Notes under the pieces: model-generated
Database searches by the model: none
What the model saw: only the letters and a program-made list of their open reading frames with translations
Told to the model about the DNA's origin: nothing
Part shown: piece after piece, positions 29,701-43,955 of the stretch
Layout of the letters: each line of letters starts with the position of its first letter
How positions within the stretch are numbered: position 1 is the first letter of the stretch
Source of the DNA: Bugula neritina
Taxonomy: Eukaryota; Animalia; Bryozoa
DNA: 64,000 nucleotides
Direction of reading: 5' to 3'
Assembly: GCA_964035545.1 (NCBI GenBank)
Contig: OZ037766.1
Location: 30,556,773 to 30,620,772 of the forward strand
Made by a program: the position numbers and the translations under genes

Positions 29701-32678
29701 GTTATATTAATTATTTCATTTGGTAAAGCAAAATGCTTTCTAAAAGAAGGTTAAAAGCCGGCCCACAAGGTTTAAATTTGTTAACATATCTGTGATTCAA
29801 ATGATACTCACTAGAACTATATGTCAGCACTAATATATTGTTGAAAATATTAAAATATTTCTATTTGTTTGAAAAAATAAAATACAATGAATTCAAAAAT
29901 TTTATTATTTTCTAGGTGCCTACACACTGAAAGACATTACATACTTGACCTCGTTAAATGTCAAGGACACTCAAACTGCACCTCCTCAATTTTTGCTAGA
30001 CTCAGAGTTGTGCAGATTTAATGGAGAGAAACTAGAAATAAAATCTATTGTAACCTGTAACCATGGTGATCCACACAGACTGACTAGGAAGTTCATTATT
30101 GTAGCTGGAAAGAATTCACCTGGTCTGGTGTTAAGACAAGTCAAGGTATTTGGTATAGGTAAGCTTCTTTATGCTGATATTAAGACATATGTTAAATTTT
30201 ATTAATTACCATAGAATAATGTAAACATGTATTATATTATTCCACGATGTCATCTGAAGTTGTATGCACATGTGCAGTTTCCACGGCAAATCTCTATGCA
30301 TGCACTAAGTATTTATACAGTTTAGATTTTGAAGAAAAAGATTCTGTTGCCCAAAGTCCTTCCAAGTTTTACCATTTAAGGAAGTTTTAATGTTGGAAAC
30401 TAAAGTTCAGACTGCAAAAGACAAACTATTTGAGCATCGTTTGGTTTCTTAAACTGTAGGATATTTATTTAGGAATAACTAACCAAGTGAGCAAATCCCA
30501 CTTTACTCATATGTATCAACGATATGGCAGACACCCCGCTACGCTAACTGACAGCTACACAGAAACTCCGTCATTTTCTTCATCAGCCAGTTATTGGACA
30601 GCAGTGACACTACGATCAAAAGATCGACCAATTAGGATGTCTCATGTTGTCTTCCATCTTCCACTAGAATGTGACAACACTTTATGCTGTATGTACGTAG
30701 TTAATAGTTAGATTCTTCATTAGACTGAGCTCTAGAGCATAATTCAAAATAGATCATGTATTTGTTTTTAGCTACTCAGACATCGTTTAAACCTGTAAAC
30801 CTTACAACAACACTAATTCGAACTAATCAGAGCCCGAGAAACCTTCGTAAAGGAAGAGAGTTTTGTACAGAAGTGAAAGATGCTCCAGGGTACAGAGAAT
30901 TTTATGTGACTTGCAAAGATAACTACGGTAAAGAGAGATATCCATTGATGGTAGAGTTGGCAATTTATATAAAAGACGTAGGAACGGAATTCATGTTTAC
31001 CGAAATAGAAATCTATGAGTACAATGAATTACAAGGTAGGTGTTGAATGTGCAATGGTGAAAGTAGAATTAAGTAATTTTAGGGCCACACAATGAGGGTT
31101 ACCCCGTTGCAGCTACATGCGGGAAACCTGTCTAGCTAAAAATAGGCTGTTGTGTATGGGTTTACATGTAAATAACATGCTAAGCGGAAAGTGCAAAAAG
31201 CTCATGCGGGTTTGATCTAATTGGCTAATTACCATTTGGCGAGCAGGCTTTTTTAATTTCATTTTTTGTTTTAATTTTTGGCAAACTGAATTGAAACAGT
31301 TTCATGTAATTCGCATTAACCCACTTTTATATTATCTAACTTTGCTTTGCCAATGAAGTAGATATAAAATCAAACGTCTGTATAGGCGAGCAGTGAAATT
31401 AAAATTCAAGATCGTTAGCTATTAAGTTTTTGCAACCACAGCACGCATTGTGTGTAGCAGGTCACTACACCACAAGTTTTCAAAAATTTAGACTCACATG
31501 CAGAAAACCCTTGTCGTGTAGCCCTATGCTAATTGTTGGATTATAACGAAGTTTTTTTTTCTATTATAGGTATACATAAACTTAAAGGTATCTGTAAACA
31601 TAATAATGTATTCTAAGAAAAATCAGCCAAAATATTTGCCAAGTTAGCTGTTTAACTTGCAAATCAGTTCTGATTTTAGTTGGCTACTTCAAGCATAACG
31701 GAACATGTGTTACAACCTGTCCTGATGGCTATTTACCTGACAACTCTAGAAAGTGTGTCGAATGTAATGGAGTTTGTAAGAGATGGTGTGATTTCTCTCA
31801 TTTCGATTGGATGAACATAACAGTGCATGATCTGCCCACCGGTTGCACTCACATCAGAGGACATTTGGTGTTATATGATCCAAGTGAGACTATTAGAACT
31901 AAACTTTAATTAAAATTGTTTCTATGATATAGGCTACCTGTACATATATAAAAAGGCATCACGACCGCACACCCAAATGTACCAAAATTAAATTAGTATA
32001 TATAGGAATTAGTAAGCAATGTTAGAAAAAACCTTGCTCTTTCATCGGCATTTGTTAATAGTTTATCAGTTTAATGCACAAAAAACTATGTATATAAGTT
32101 AGAAGCTAAACAGTGAAAAATAACTAAAACCTAAAGATATATAGTTGAGTACAAAGACACAATTCTTAAACTTTGCTTGATCAGTGATGCAAGTACTTTA
32201 ATGTCATGATAAAGTATATAATGCAAGCAAATGCTACAAAACAAACTGTTGAAAAAAACTTCAATTTAAAAAAAATTGCAGCTAAAATGATTCATGAATG
32301 TGTGAAAGGGATAGATATACATGTATATATTTTAGGTCCAACATACCACGTCGTAGAATCAGTGACAAAAGACATTGAACATGTTACTGGAGTACTAGTG
32401 ATTATTTTGGGTACTTCTAATAATGTCAACTTGACGCCATTAATGAGAAATTTGAAAACGATTGCTGGAGAAGGACAATTATTAGAAAAGCCTTACTGTT
32501 CTAATAATAGAATATATGGTGACGAGTGTTTTAGGTATGCTCCAACATTTATATACACACAGACATAAACAAACATTGTTAGACACACATGTAACACACA
32601 CAGACACACACACACTCATACATGCACACCCGCACACACACACACACACACACACGCACGCACACACACACACACACA

Positions 32679-32710
<32 letters not shown>

Positions 32711-32714
32711 CGTT

Positions 32715-32766
<52 letters not shown>

Positions 32767-35700
32767 CGCAAGTGTTATAGAAATTATCATGCTCAGTTTA
32801 TTTTACAGAAACTTCTCACTAATAATCAAAGCAAGAGCAGTTACATACCTCGGAATTAACAGTTTAGAACGAGTAGATGGTGCTGTTTTCATACAGATTG
32901 GTACTATTTGTACAATTACCCAAGCCAACCTAGTCAATATGATGAGAGATATCAGCAACTCAAACGAGAATATCATTCAGATCTCCAGCGTTCTGTGCAG
33001 TGGTGGTATGGTGCAATGCAGCCAACCTTGTGACCTTGGTTGTCAAGAGGAACCTATCGGGTGCTACAGATGTCCCCCATGTGCTGATTCCACTTGTAAA
33101 ATGTGCACAGGAGGCTATCAGTTAAACAACACGTGTGTTTCCACTTGTGACCCACCTCTATATTTTCATACAAAGATGAACGAGTGTATCAGCTGTCACA
33201 GTCAGTGTGCAGGAGGCTGCTCTGGTAGTGTAAGTCTGTCTACGTGATTTGTTAAGAGACATTTACTTACTAATATCTTAATTTTAATGCTAATTGTTGA
33301 TTTTTAAATTCTATGAAAATTTTATAAAATTTATTTTCATCATACTGCAAATTGCCTTTAATTTCTGTCTGACTTTCTAGTTGTGTAGTTTTTAAAATTT
33401 TTTATACAAAGATTACGAAACTCTTGAAGCTGATATTATTAGCTTTGATTTGACCTCCACTGCAAAAGCTTTATTTTTGTTTTACTAACACATGGTGTAA
33501 TATAGAAAGCTGGTATATTCTTTTTAACCTATGTAAAATAATTGACCCCATCGGGATTGGAACCACAGACCTCCGCTTGCAATCAGGCTCGCCAACCAAT
33601 TACGCTAAAGGGGCTGCTCAGTAAACTCAACACAACAACCTAGGTTCTGCAGGTGATGTAAAATATGTTTAAGCATGTTTACTTGTTTCAGTCAGACACG
33701 GAGTGTAACCGGTGTAAGAACTACAGACTAAGAAATAGATGTGTTCAGACTTGTCCAGACAACACTGTACCAGATAATATCAACAAGATATGTTTAGCCT
33801 GTGTACCTAATGGTTGTACTATTCAGTGAGTTTCAGTTCATTTACTTACCTAGATAAATAAATTAAATTTTTAAATAGATATAAACTATACATACTTCGA
33901 CATAGGCCAAAATTATATGATTTTTGATATTTTTTAAAATAAAGGAGTTATTAAAGTAAAATTTTAGTTTTAGCTTCTCATTTAATAGACATAATATTTT
34001 TGTGGATTGACATTTTTTAAAGCAAAATTTTAATATAATTATATACATTCACTTTGAAATAGATCAAACAGAACAAGCTAAAGTGTAAAGAAATATTAGC
34101 TCATAACTTTCAAAAGAGATCATCTATACAGTATATAATGCTTTAAAATACAAGTAGTTCTAGTAGCATTACTATCTTTGAATTGCTACTTGCTTTTTGG
34201 CAATCCTGAGAAAAAGAATAGCAAGACAAGCTTGTGAAACCAAAATTAATTTCTCAAATAAAACTTCATACATCAGTTGGAACAAATTATGCCTTGACAC
34301 GTGTATCAGTGGTGTACAACTCTAACCCTTCCAATCTAAGTAAACATTTACAGGCAGAAGGAGAGGGAAAAATACACTCTGAATCTCACTTATGATGGAG
34401 AAGGACTTTTATCCTGGACGGTGGAGTTTGATGAGACTGTTCTAGAAAGATATCAGACTGTTGAGAATTTTATTCTGTATATTGAGAATGTTGACAGTTC
34501 AGAAAACAAGACGAGTATCATACAATCAAGTAAGCTGATACCATGCAAGAGACATTAACACAGATACAAACACACACTCACTTAAACACTCACACATGCA
34601 CACATAAACACACAAACACACAAACACACATATAAACAAAGAGTGTATATGTATACATTTGTTACAAAAGTGTGTTTTACTTTTTTTCTAGCATCAAAGA
34701 AGGCAGACCTTAGAGAACCGCTCTACAAGTTGACTGAAAGTACAACATATGGCATTGCTTTCCTGGTTAATTCAACTCTGTTTGGAGTTATGTCTCCTTA
34801 TCCACCTGCACATATCTCTATATCTGGTGAGTTTACTTTAACTTATCCTTTTTACTAAACTATATGTAGCAACCAATTGAGTTTATTATAATAAATAATT
34901 GTTTATTTGCTTTTCAACAGATACTAATTTTATGGATTCTTACTGATTTTAACATTCTGTAGTTGTATTTAGATTTTAATTGGTGTTATATTATATTTTT
35001 ATATATTTTTGTTATAGTGTGTAAATAGTTGGCAAATCATGATTGCAGGTGAAACAATGATAATAGAAGATGTTCGTCTCGAATTACTTTCTGATAATCA
35101 AATTCACATAGAGTTCACTGAGATTGATTCAACTCATTCTGAATCTATCACTGAAGTGAATCTGTTATTCCAAGACAAACTGATCGGTAAAGCTAATATC
35201 TCGAGCAACACAAAGTAAGGAAACTAGTTCTTTTTAATATTTTATTGGATAACAGAATGTCTTAGAAAATTACATGATACTCGAGTTTATTTTAACCACG
35301 TTTTTATATTCCTTGTAATTTTCAGTAAAATTGTGGAAACTTTTCCGGAAACATCAGAAAGCAGTTCCTACTCTAGATTAAAGTATACGGTTATAGTACA
35401 ATTCTTACGATTTGAGGGCCAACCAATAACTCTATCAACAAATTATTGGCATACTGTAAAGTTGGAGTTGTTGGATGCAAGTAGAGATATTGGCTGGAGC
35501 AGCATCCATCAAGTCTTCTATCAAGATGATTCAGCTAGTTATTGTCAGTTTTAACTTTAGTATATAAAATTTTATGTTTTCAAATAATTAATTAATATAA
35601 ATTATCAAATTGACAAATGACGACTGCTGTTCTTGCTGCAGCTGCTATCACTGCTACTTTTATAATTAACACTATAGTTTCCACTGCTATAACAACTACA

Positions 35701-36738
35701 TAATATAATTGCTTATATATCAATAAACTGTAAGTTAATTATTACACTAGCTTCAACTTCTTTTTAGCTAAATATAAATCGACTGTTGAAGCAGAAGTAA
35801 ACTCCACCACCATAGATTTCTCAACAACAGAATTACAGCAAGTTAGAACCACACCTTCAGAAAGCTTGTGGGCGGTGCCAAGTCTTTACGTTATCATAGC
35901 TCTTGCATCTTTGCTGCTAGTAAACGTAAGTGAAACACCAACCAGTATTATATTTGTAAATGATGAAACATAAAACTAAATAAAACCTCTTCTACATATG
36001 TTTTACACAAGTTTTCTTGCTTTGTAGACTTTCTTGATTATTGTGGGGTACTCTTGGAAAAGACAAAAAGTATCACCATCATTCGAGTCAACTCAGTTAC
36101 TTAGGTACCCTGTGGCACATAAGAATGATATTATTATAGCAGGATACTCTTCAAAGAAGGATTTTAGCTCTAATAAAAGCTTATATAGAGCAGTGTACCA
36201 ACGCTATAAATACCCTGATATTATAGTGGGCATGTCAATCAGTACTCCTAGAAAGATTTTTTTCAAAAGACTTAGTAAAGAAAGCAAGAAAAGCAACATG
36301 AAAGGCTCCGTTCCCAAATCAAGTGTTAGTCGCGAGGAGAAAAGTATACCAAGACATTATTATAAAAACAATAAAGCCTTAACCAATATACCATTTAATC
36401 AAAAAGCAAATTCAAAGAATTCTAAATATTATAGCTGCAGAAACAGAATTAGAAGAAAGCTGCCACAAATACGCAGTATAGGAGACAGAAAAGAATCTAG
36501 CCAGTATGACACTATCAGCTTTGTAAAGAGTTTAGCTGATGTGGCTGAAACCAAAACTGCAGAAACGGGTATAGCAAAAAACAATATATTAACTAAATCA
36601 GCAATAATAGGAAGCAAAATAATCAAACCTGGTGAAATTGCAGCAAAAAGTAAAGTTGTACAAACAATCTGTGGTTATGCAAAGATAAAGAGTACATCTC
36701 GACATAATGATGCACTTCATGCAGGCAATAATGGCTGA
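26723..36738 (+). CDS. R2: kinase-less EGFR-ectodomain-like receptor paralog; 19 exons, ~1462 aa, basic ~225-aa tail
   Basis: Exons: 26723-26801, 27260-27616, 27949-28065, 28227-28411, 28534-28699, 28953-29192, 29916-30158, 30473-30688, 30772-31035, 31680-31883, 32336-32534, 32809-33229, 33692-33825, 34354-34529, 34692-34826, 35049-35214, 35326-35543, 35768-35925, 36028-36738 (4389 nt). Signal peptide [22 protein letters not shown]; [26 protein letters not shown] followed by KRQK; exon phases match R1. Confidence 0.88.
31082..31524. mobile_element. MITE (non-autonomous DNA transposon) in R2 intron 9
   Basis: Terminal inverted repeats GGGCCACACAATGAGGGTT and AACCCTTGTCGTGTAGCCC, flanked by TA; the paralogous R3 intron (176 bp versus 644 bp) lacks it. 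Confidence 0.75.
32580..32770. repeat. Compound (CA)n/(CACG)n microsatellite
   Basis: Direct reading; R2 intron 11. Confidence 0.95.
33530..33640 (-). mobile_element. Short tRNA-derived element, copy 2
   Basis: Reverse complement GAGTTTACTGAGCAGCCCCTTTAGCGTAATTGGTTGGCG...TTGCAAGCGGAGGTCTGTGGTTCCAATCCCGATGGGGTCAATTATTTT; flanked by AACCTA direct repeats; empty site in R3 near 45330. Confidence 0.65.
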
Positions 36739-37563
36739 ATCTAATAAACAGTTTTATAATAATGATCAATCAGTACCCGAGAAAAAGAAGCGACTTTAAA
36801 GCAAAAACTTTGAGAAAGAGCCGAAAGCAATTAGAACTAATAACAAGACAGAAATGACTAACCCTACAAAATTGGCTCAGCAAACTGACAAAGCCAAACA
36901 GACAGAGTTCTAAAAACCATATCTCTCACATGAAATTAAAAGTCAAATTTTTTTGAGAAGAATTTGTGGAAGTATCTATAATGGCTTGTTTACACTATAT
37001 TATGTTAAATATATACACAATAATATTTCAGTTGCATAAGACTGATATGTTGGCATGCATCTGTTTATTTGAAAATGATAAAGCAGGTTTAGCAAAGTTT
37101 AACAAGTATATGGATGCTTACTTGTACTATTATGATATAAGAATATCAATAAACTTTTCATCAAGCTACTTCCTGCAAATTATACATTAAGTTTCTATTA
37201 TTATATACTATTTGTGTTTAGCTTCTATTCAGAAAAAAAACCAATGCATTCATATCAATCTTTATAAGCTTTCTCTTCACAAAAACTACTCATTTCTTTG
37301 ATTTAACCAGCAAACAAAACAATATGCATGTTGTTGTATCATAACGTAAACAAAAGTGGTTAACATTGTTTCACTGTTAGTTTTAGTTTTTACTGTTTTC
37401 ATGCAACTTACAAGTTTTTTTTAAATATCAACTCAAAATTAGGAACTGCAATTTAGGAGAAATTAAAATTTTAATAAGAAGATAACCTATTTCATGCATA
37501 AAAGTGCTGAAGTTAGAGTATGAGCGTTTTGCAACATAAAAAGCCATCAAGTTTTCTCAGGGT

Positions 37564-37730
37564 AGACCAGTGGGGTTTCCCAGCATAGGAGAGACACTTC
37601 AAAACAAACACATGAATGTTTCCTGAGCGGGATTTTCCAGCAGGGAAATGCTTTTGAAGAAAAGCAGAGCAGCTGTGTCACACTGTCTCTTATTATAGCT
37701 GAAGCTCAATCTAATGTGATACCCCTGCAT
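37564..37730 (+). pseudogene. Decayed copy of the R1 terminal-exon tail, followed by R1-like 3' UTR sequence
   Basis: Translates RPVGFPSIGETLQNKHMNVS*AGFSS then frameshifts; compare R1 SRVGYASMGNTHQLGHVNASRVGFPSMGN; TGA at 37624 stands where R1 has CGA. Confidence 0.8.
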
Positions 37731-38843
37731 GCAGTGAAATTTGTTCTTAGGCTTGCAAGACATAATCCTCTCCTGTGCTCTGGCATTTGTACTTCTAAAA
37801 AAGGGTTTTTAAAAATTGTTATGACTTGTTCACTGTATGTCTAGTTAATAAAAAGATATAAACTCAAAGCATCATATTTTTTTTATAGATAATGAACAGT
37901 GAAATAATTCAATAATGAGCTATACTAATATATATGTGTTAGATATTGTTAACTGTTAACTTTATGAGGCTTCCTCATGCATTGAAATTGATTTATCATA
38001 CTAAAATGTTTTGGGTAACTATTTTTTTTCGCTTTTCTGAAAAATTAAATTTTATTGCTCTCCATTCAATAATTTTCTTCACATGCTTCCTTTAAATTTG
38101 AGCTGTCTGTACATATAAATACATTCATTCCTACTAATATAAATGTTTGCTGTATTGTGGGTGCTTGTCAAATGAATGGCTATAATATATTGTCCTTCAG
38201 ATTCAATAACCAAGTGCTACATGCAGTGACAATTTATCTTTTACGGAATCTCTCAGTAAAATATCGTTAAACATAATTGTTATAATTTTTACTTAGTCTC
38301 ATTATCTGCTTTTTACGCTTTACTCAGACTACTGATTGACACCATTCTTCTTTGCTTTCTCACCTCTCCACCCATCTCTGCCAACATATAGTCTTTGTAA
38401 GTGTTGCTTTTTGGGAGAAATGCATAATTTAGTGTTTTATGTTGTTTCTACTTACAACTTCTAAGGATCATATGCTGATGATATTCAAGCTGTGTTTTAC
38501 AGAGCTGAAGAAAACTATATAGTGTATTAGTATAGCGTGTACTCACTCCTTTATTGATGATATTTTCCTTGAGCTTTAGAAACGTCAAAACTTTATTTGT
38601 TAGTCTTTGTCAACCATGATGTGATTTATTAAATTAAAAACTGGAATTATAATTTTTCAACAGTCTATTCATTTCACATTATACTGCTGCTGAAAGAAAC
38701 TGTTTAAGTAAGAAAGCTAAATATTTTGCTATTGAAGAAAACGACAATACTGATATGACTAGCAATGCGTTTCATATAATTTATTTGGCAAGTCATTGTT
38801 GGTATTGAAGTAAAGTTCAATGAATAAAAACTAAAACTTAGCA

Positions 38844-41800
38844 ATGAATTTAAATGTAATAAAATGTTATGTTGTTTTCTGCGGCATAAGTTTTTTAAAA
38901 GTTCAAGGCCAAACCCTTGAAGGTAGGTCTTTTAAAAAATTGTCAAAGTATAAACGTGTTATTCAACTGTTTACCATTTAGGTACCCGTAAGCCTCGCTG
39001 CCGTGTATTATAAAAACAACTAAAAAAGCTTTCATTTGTTTTGTTGAATTAAAATAACATTGTAGTATTTCACAATCTCAAACTTGACTATGTTACAGAC
39101 ATATAGTGGCTGAATCTTAAGGCTATTTGCAATCACATTTTGTAAAGCTTACAGCTTAGGCCTACTATTTTGCAATTTAGTTATAGCAAAACATGGTTTA
39201 ATGTCTAGTTTCTTTGCAAATGTGAGCATTAAAAATGCAAGAGGTCTATAATTCAGGCATTTATGTTTTTATTTTCACTCAAAAGAATATTTATGATAAT
39301 AAGAAGAATCTAAAGTAACTAGTTACTAAAAAGGACTTGAACAAATGATGTGTTTGTAGAACTAATGAATCAAGTGTGTGATGGCCAGACGGTTGACAGG
39401 ACAGTAGAACAACTGTATCCAACAAATGCCCTAGTCAATTACTATAGTAATCTTTATAACTACAATTGTAAATATGTCCTCGGAAACTTATTTCTAGTGA
39501 CAGTTCATAATAGGTTCGTTCAATCATCTGCATATATACGAAGATTAATTGATGTTTCTGGTTCTGTGACTGTTGGGGCTTATACTAGAGGGACAAGTGG
39601 TGGTAGGCCTACAATACCTCCAATCTTACCAGAACTCACTACAGTAGGTGGTAACTTGACTTTACAGTACGTTAGCCTAAACTCTACTGAGGGAATTGGA
39701 TTTAGACGTCTTAGAGGTGAGCAAAGGTTCTCTATATTAATTTCTAACATAATAAATGTGGTGATCGAGTCAACATGCAAATTGTATGTGGCTTGTATTT
39801 TCAACATTTAGTTTCACAAAATGTTGTTAAAGCAACTTTAATCATTGTTGCTAAGATATGAGCTATCAATGTGCCTGTACCAAACATTGCTCATGAAACT
39901 TTGACTTATATATGCTATCCTTAAGTTACTACACTATATAAAAAACTAATTAATCTGAAAAATGATGTTTCTAAAATTTCCATTTAATTTAGAGATTTTA
40001 TTTTTTATGACAAAGAGGTTTCTCGTGGGAGAATTTTGATAAAGGCTGCTCACAACTGCTTTGACCACAAAACAGATTGGTCTAAAGTAATAACACCAGG
40101 CCAAATAGATATCCGAGCTGTAACATGCAGTACAGGTGGGTATGCGAGTGTTTGTTAAAAGTAAAACTCTTTACATTTGCATAATTATGCATTTTATAAT
40201 ACAATAAACAAACTATTTCCTTTTAATCCAAAAAAGTTTCATAATTAGAAATATTATTCTGCCAAATTTTGTAGTGCAGTGTCATGCTTTGATACAACTT
40301 TATTTGACTTTCACAACATATAATAAAGTAACTGCTGTAACTTGTCAAATGTAGGCCAGTGTCATTCTTCTTGTCTGGGAAACAACTGTTGGGGACCCGA
40401 TGCAGAAGACTGTCAAATAGACTTTACAAACTGTCATCCAACTTGTACTACTGGCTGTTATCATAACACAGCAAATCATTGTTGTCATGAGAGTTGTCTC
40501 ACCGGATGTAGAGGACCAGATGAAGCTGACTGTCTCAAGGTAGGTGTCTGTTTCTAGATATTAAAGCAATAAAACAAGAATAAGTACAGTCAAATACTAT
40601 ATATTCATCTTAAGGTTTAGCTGAATTGAGGAAACTTTTTATGCTTTTTATAGTACTCAAGCTTTGTATTTACATACGAGTACCAGATTTTAGGTGATCT
40701 TTGTTACTTAATAATGGCAGAGGTACAGGAAATGAATCTTCATTAATCAAAAAGAGTTATTGATACTACGACAGGTCAAAAAGGTCTTTTACTAAACACT
40801 AATTGACCGAAGCGTTATCATAGGTTTTAAATCTTTTTGTTAGCCTATTTTTAGTTATAAGGTTCTTAAATTTAAATACTGAAAACAAGATTGCTGATAT
40901 TAGGTAATATTTATTTACATGTAGTTTGAAGGTTGCTCTGGGTTCTACATGTTCCCATCTGGTGCTTGTGTTGAAAACTGTTCTCAAGTTCATCCAGAGA
41001 GAGTTTATGATATCCTCTCTAATGAGTTTGTTGATCATCCTAACAGACATTACAGTGTCAAAAATAAATTCTGCACAGACAAATGTCCAGGTATATTTTG
41101 TACAGTGTAAAGTATACAATAATATTTCCATATACAAAATTTTCATGTGAAAGACACTGTCAAACTAATATTTAACTTGTTCATCTGAAACATATTGTCC
41201 AGGGTTGAAGCTAATTAGCAATTAGCAAATGTTTTTCTAAATTAGTCACCATGCTAGTATAAACAGTATGTTTAATAACACTGCAGCTGTGTATTTTAGA
41301 AGGAATAGATCAAACTGCAGATACCAACAGCTCGAGTGTGTGTGAAAGGTGGATAGGTGGGACAAGAGTCGTCTTCTCTTCAAACAATGCTATCACATCT
41401 GATCCATCCAAAGTGTTTATTGGACTGAAAGAAAGTTATGGGTATTGGTCAGTTAAACTTAAAGGTAGCCTTAGATTTTACTATGCTATAGTTGAAAGGG
41501 GGACCACTAGAGATTCTGCAGAATGTCTTAATATATCAGGTGAGTCTAACTTTGTCTTGTTGAGTTTTTCACATTTGATGTTGTATAAAAGTTGTAGATT
41601 AATTTTTGCCCTTTACAAAATCATTGATGTGATGGGACCACTGGAAAACAGTTAATGGAAGTTTAATAAAAAAAATTGAAATTACAATTAATATTGATAA
41701 TGCTTATTTAGGCCAAGTAAAATATTACTCATTAATTGACAACTATAGTGAATTATATAGTTAAAACATTTTTGGTATAAATAAAACGCAATAAACTCTG

Positions 41801-43884
41801 TTTATACTGACAACTAGTTTTGCAATTAAGCTTAAACTTTAAATGTTAAGAGTTATTAAAAAAATTATTTCAGACTAAATTGCTGTTGCATAATAAAAAC
41901 AAAAACCTGTAGCATTAAAAACAAAATATGGTTCCTTTGTTTTCTAAATCCTTACAGACTTTTCAGGTATCTCAAGACTATAGTGAAAACTTATTTATAA
42001 AAACAAGCAGTTGCCGAGCAAAACTGGATAAATATCGTACTATATGTAATTTAGGTTTTATGGTTAAATGTCGTAATCCGTAAAAAAAACTATTTTCTAA
42101 AAAAGATTCAGCTTGTGTAGGGCCTATTAAAAATTTTAAAAGCTTACAAGGTTTAAACTCGCTATAATATAATAATTGATTTATAAAATACATAAATTAG
42201 GACTCTAGCTGTTTGAACTGAAATTTTGTTAATATAGTATTGAAATATTTTTTAAAAATATTACAATACTTGTTTGAAAGGATAAAATACAATGAATTCA
42301 AAGGTTTTATTATTTTCTAGGTGCCTACACACTGAAAGACATTACATACTTAACCTCGTTAAGTGTCCAGGACACTCAAACTGCACCTCCTCAATTTTTG
42401 CTAGACTCAGAGCTGTGCAGATTCAACGGAGAAAAACTAGAAATGAAATCTTTGGTAACCTGTAACCATGGTGATCCACACAGACTGACTAGAAAGTTTA
42501 TTATTGTAGCTGGAAAGAATTCACCTGGTCTGGTGTTAAGACAAGTCAAAGTATTTGGTATAGGTAAGTTTTTCTATGCTGATGTCTAGGTCTATATTGC
42601 TATCTTATTTACTACATAGGTTAATGCAGACATGTATAATATTATTTCACTTTTTCATTTAGAGTTTGTATGCATATGTATATTTTTCACATCAAACCCC
42701 AAAGCACCAAGTATAATTTACACCTTTTAGATATTGAGGGTTGATGCAAAATTCTTTCACCATTTAAAAGAAAGCTTCTGAATTTTAACACAATAATATG
42801 AATTTGTTAGAAATCAAAGTTCATATGGAAGAAAAAAACTTTAAACATGACTTGCTTGCTTTCTTAAACTTCACAAAATGTCTTCAGGAATAACTAACCG
42901 AGTGAGCAACTCCCACTTTACTCATATGTATCAACAATATGGCAGACACCCCGCTACGCTAACTGACAGCTACACAGAAACTCCATCATTTTCTTCTACA
43001 GCCAGCTATTGGACAGCAGTGACACTACGATCAAAAGATCGACCAATTAAGATGTCTCATGTTGTCTTCCATCTTCCACTAGAATGTGACAACACTTTAT
43101 GCTGTATGTACATAGTCAATAGTTTAATTCTTCATTAGACTGAGCTCTAGTGCATAATTCAAAATAGATGTATTTGCTTTTAGCTACTCAAACATCATTT
43201 AAACCTGTAAACATTACAACAACACTAATTCAAACCACTCAGAGCCCGAGAAACCTCCGTAGAGGAAGAGAGTTTTGTACAGAGGTGAAGAACGCACCCG
43301 AGTATAGAGAATTTTATGTGACCTGCAGAGATAACAGTAGTAACGAAAGGTATCCATTGATGGTAGAGTTGGCAATTTATACGAAAGACGTAGGAACGGA
43401 ATTCATGTTTACCGAAATAGAAATTTATGAGTACAATGAATTACAAGGTAGGTGTTGAATGTGCAACAGTGAGGGTAAAACTGAGTATAATTGCTGTATA
43501 TGTGACAAGATATCTAGTTCTGCATAGGTATACATAAGCTTAAAGATAGTTGCAAAAATCTGTTCTATGAAAAGCCAACCAGAAAACTTGCAAAGTTAGC
43601 TTGCAAGTCAGTTTTGATTTTAGTTGGCTACTTCAAGCATAATGAAACGTGTGTTACAACCTGCCCTGATGGTTATTTACCTGACAGCTCTAGAAAGTGT
43701 GTTGAATGTAATGGAGTTTGTAAGAGATGGTGTGATTTCTCTCATTTCGATTGGATGAACATAACAGTGCATGATCTGCCCACCGGTTGCACTCACATCA
43801 GAGGACATTTGGTGTTATATGATCCAAGTGAGAATATTAGAACTAAACTGTAATTAGAACTTTTTACATGGCAAAGCGTGTGTA

Positions 43885-43955
<71 letters not shown>

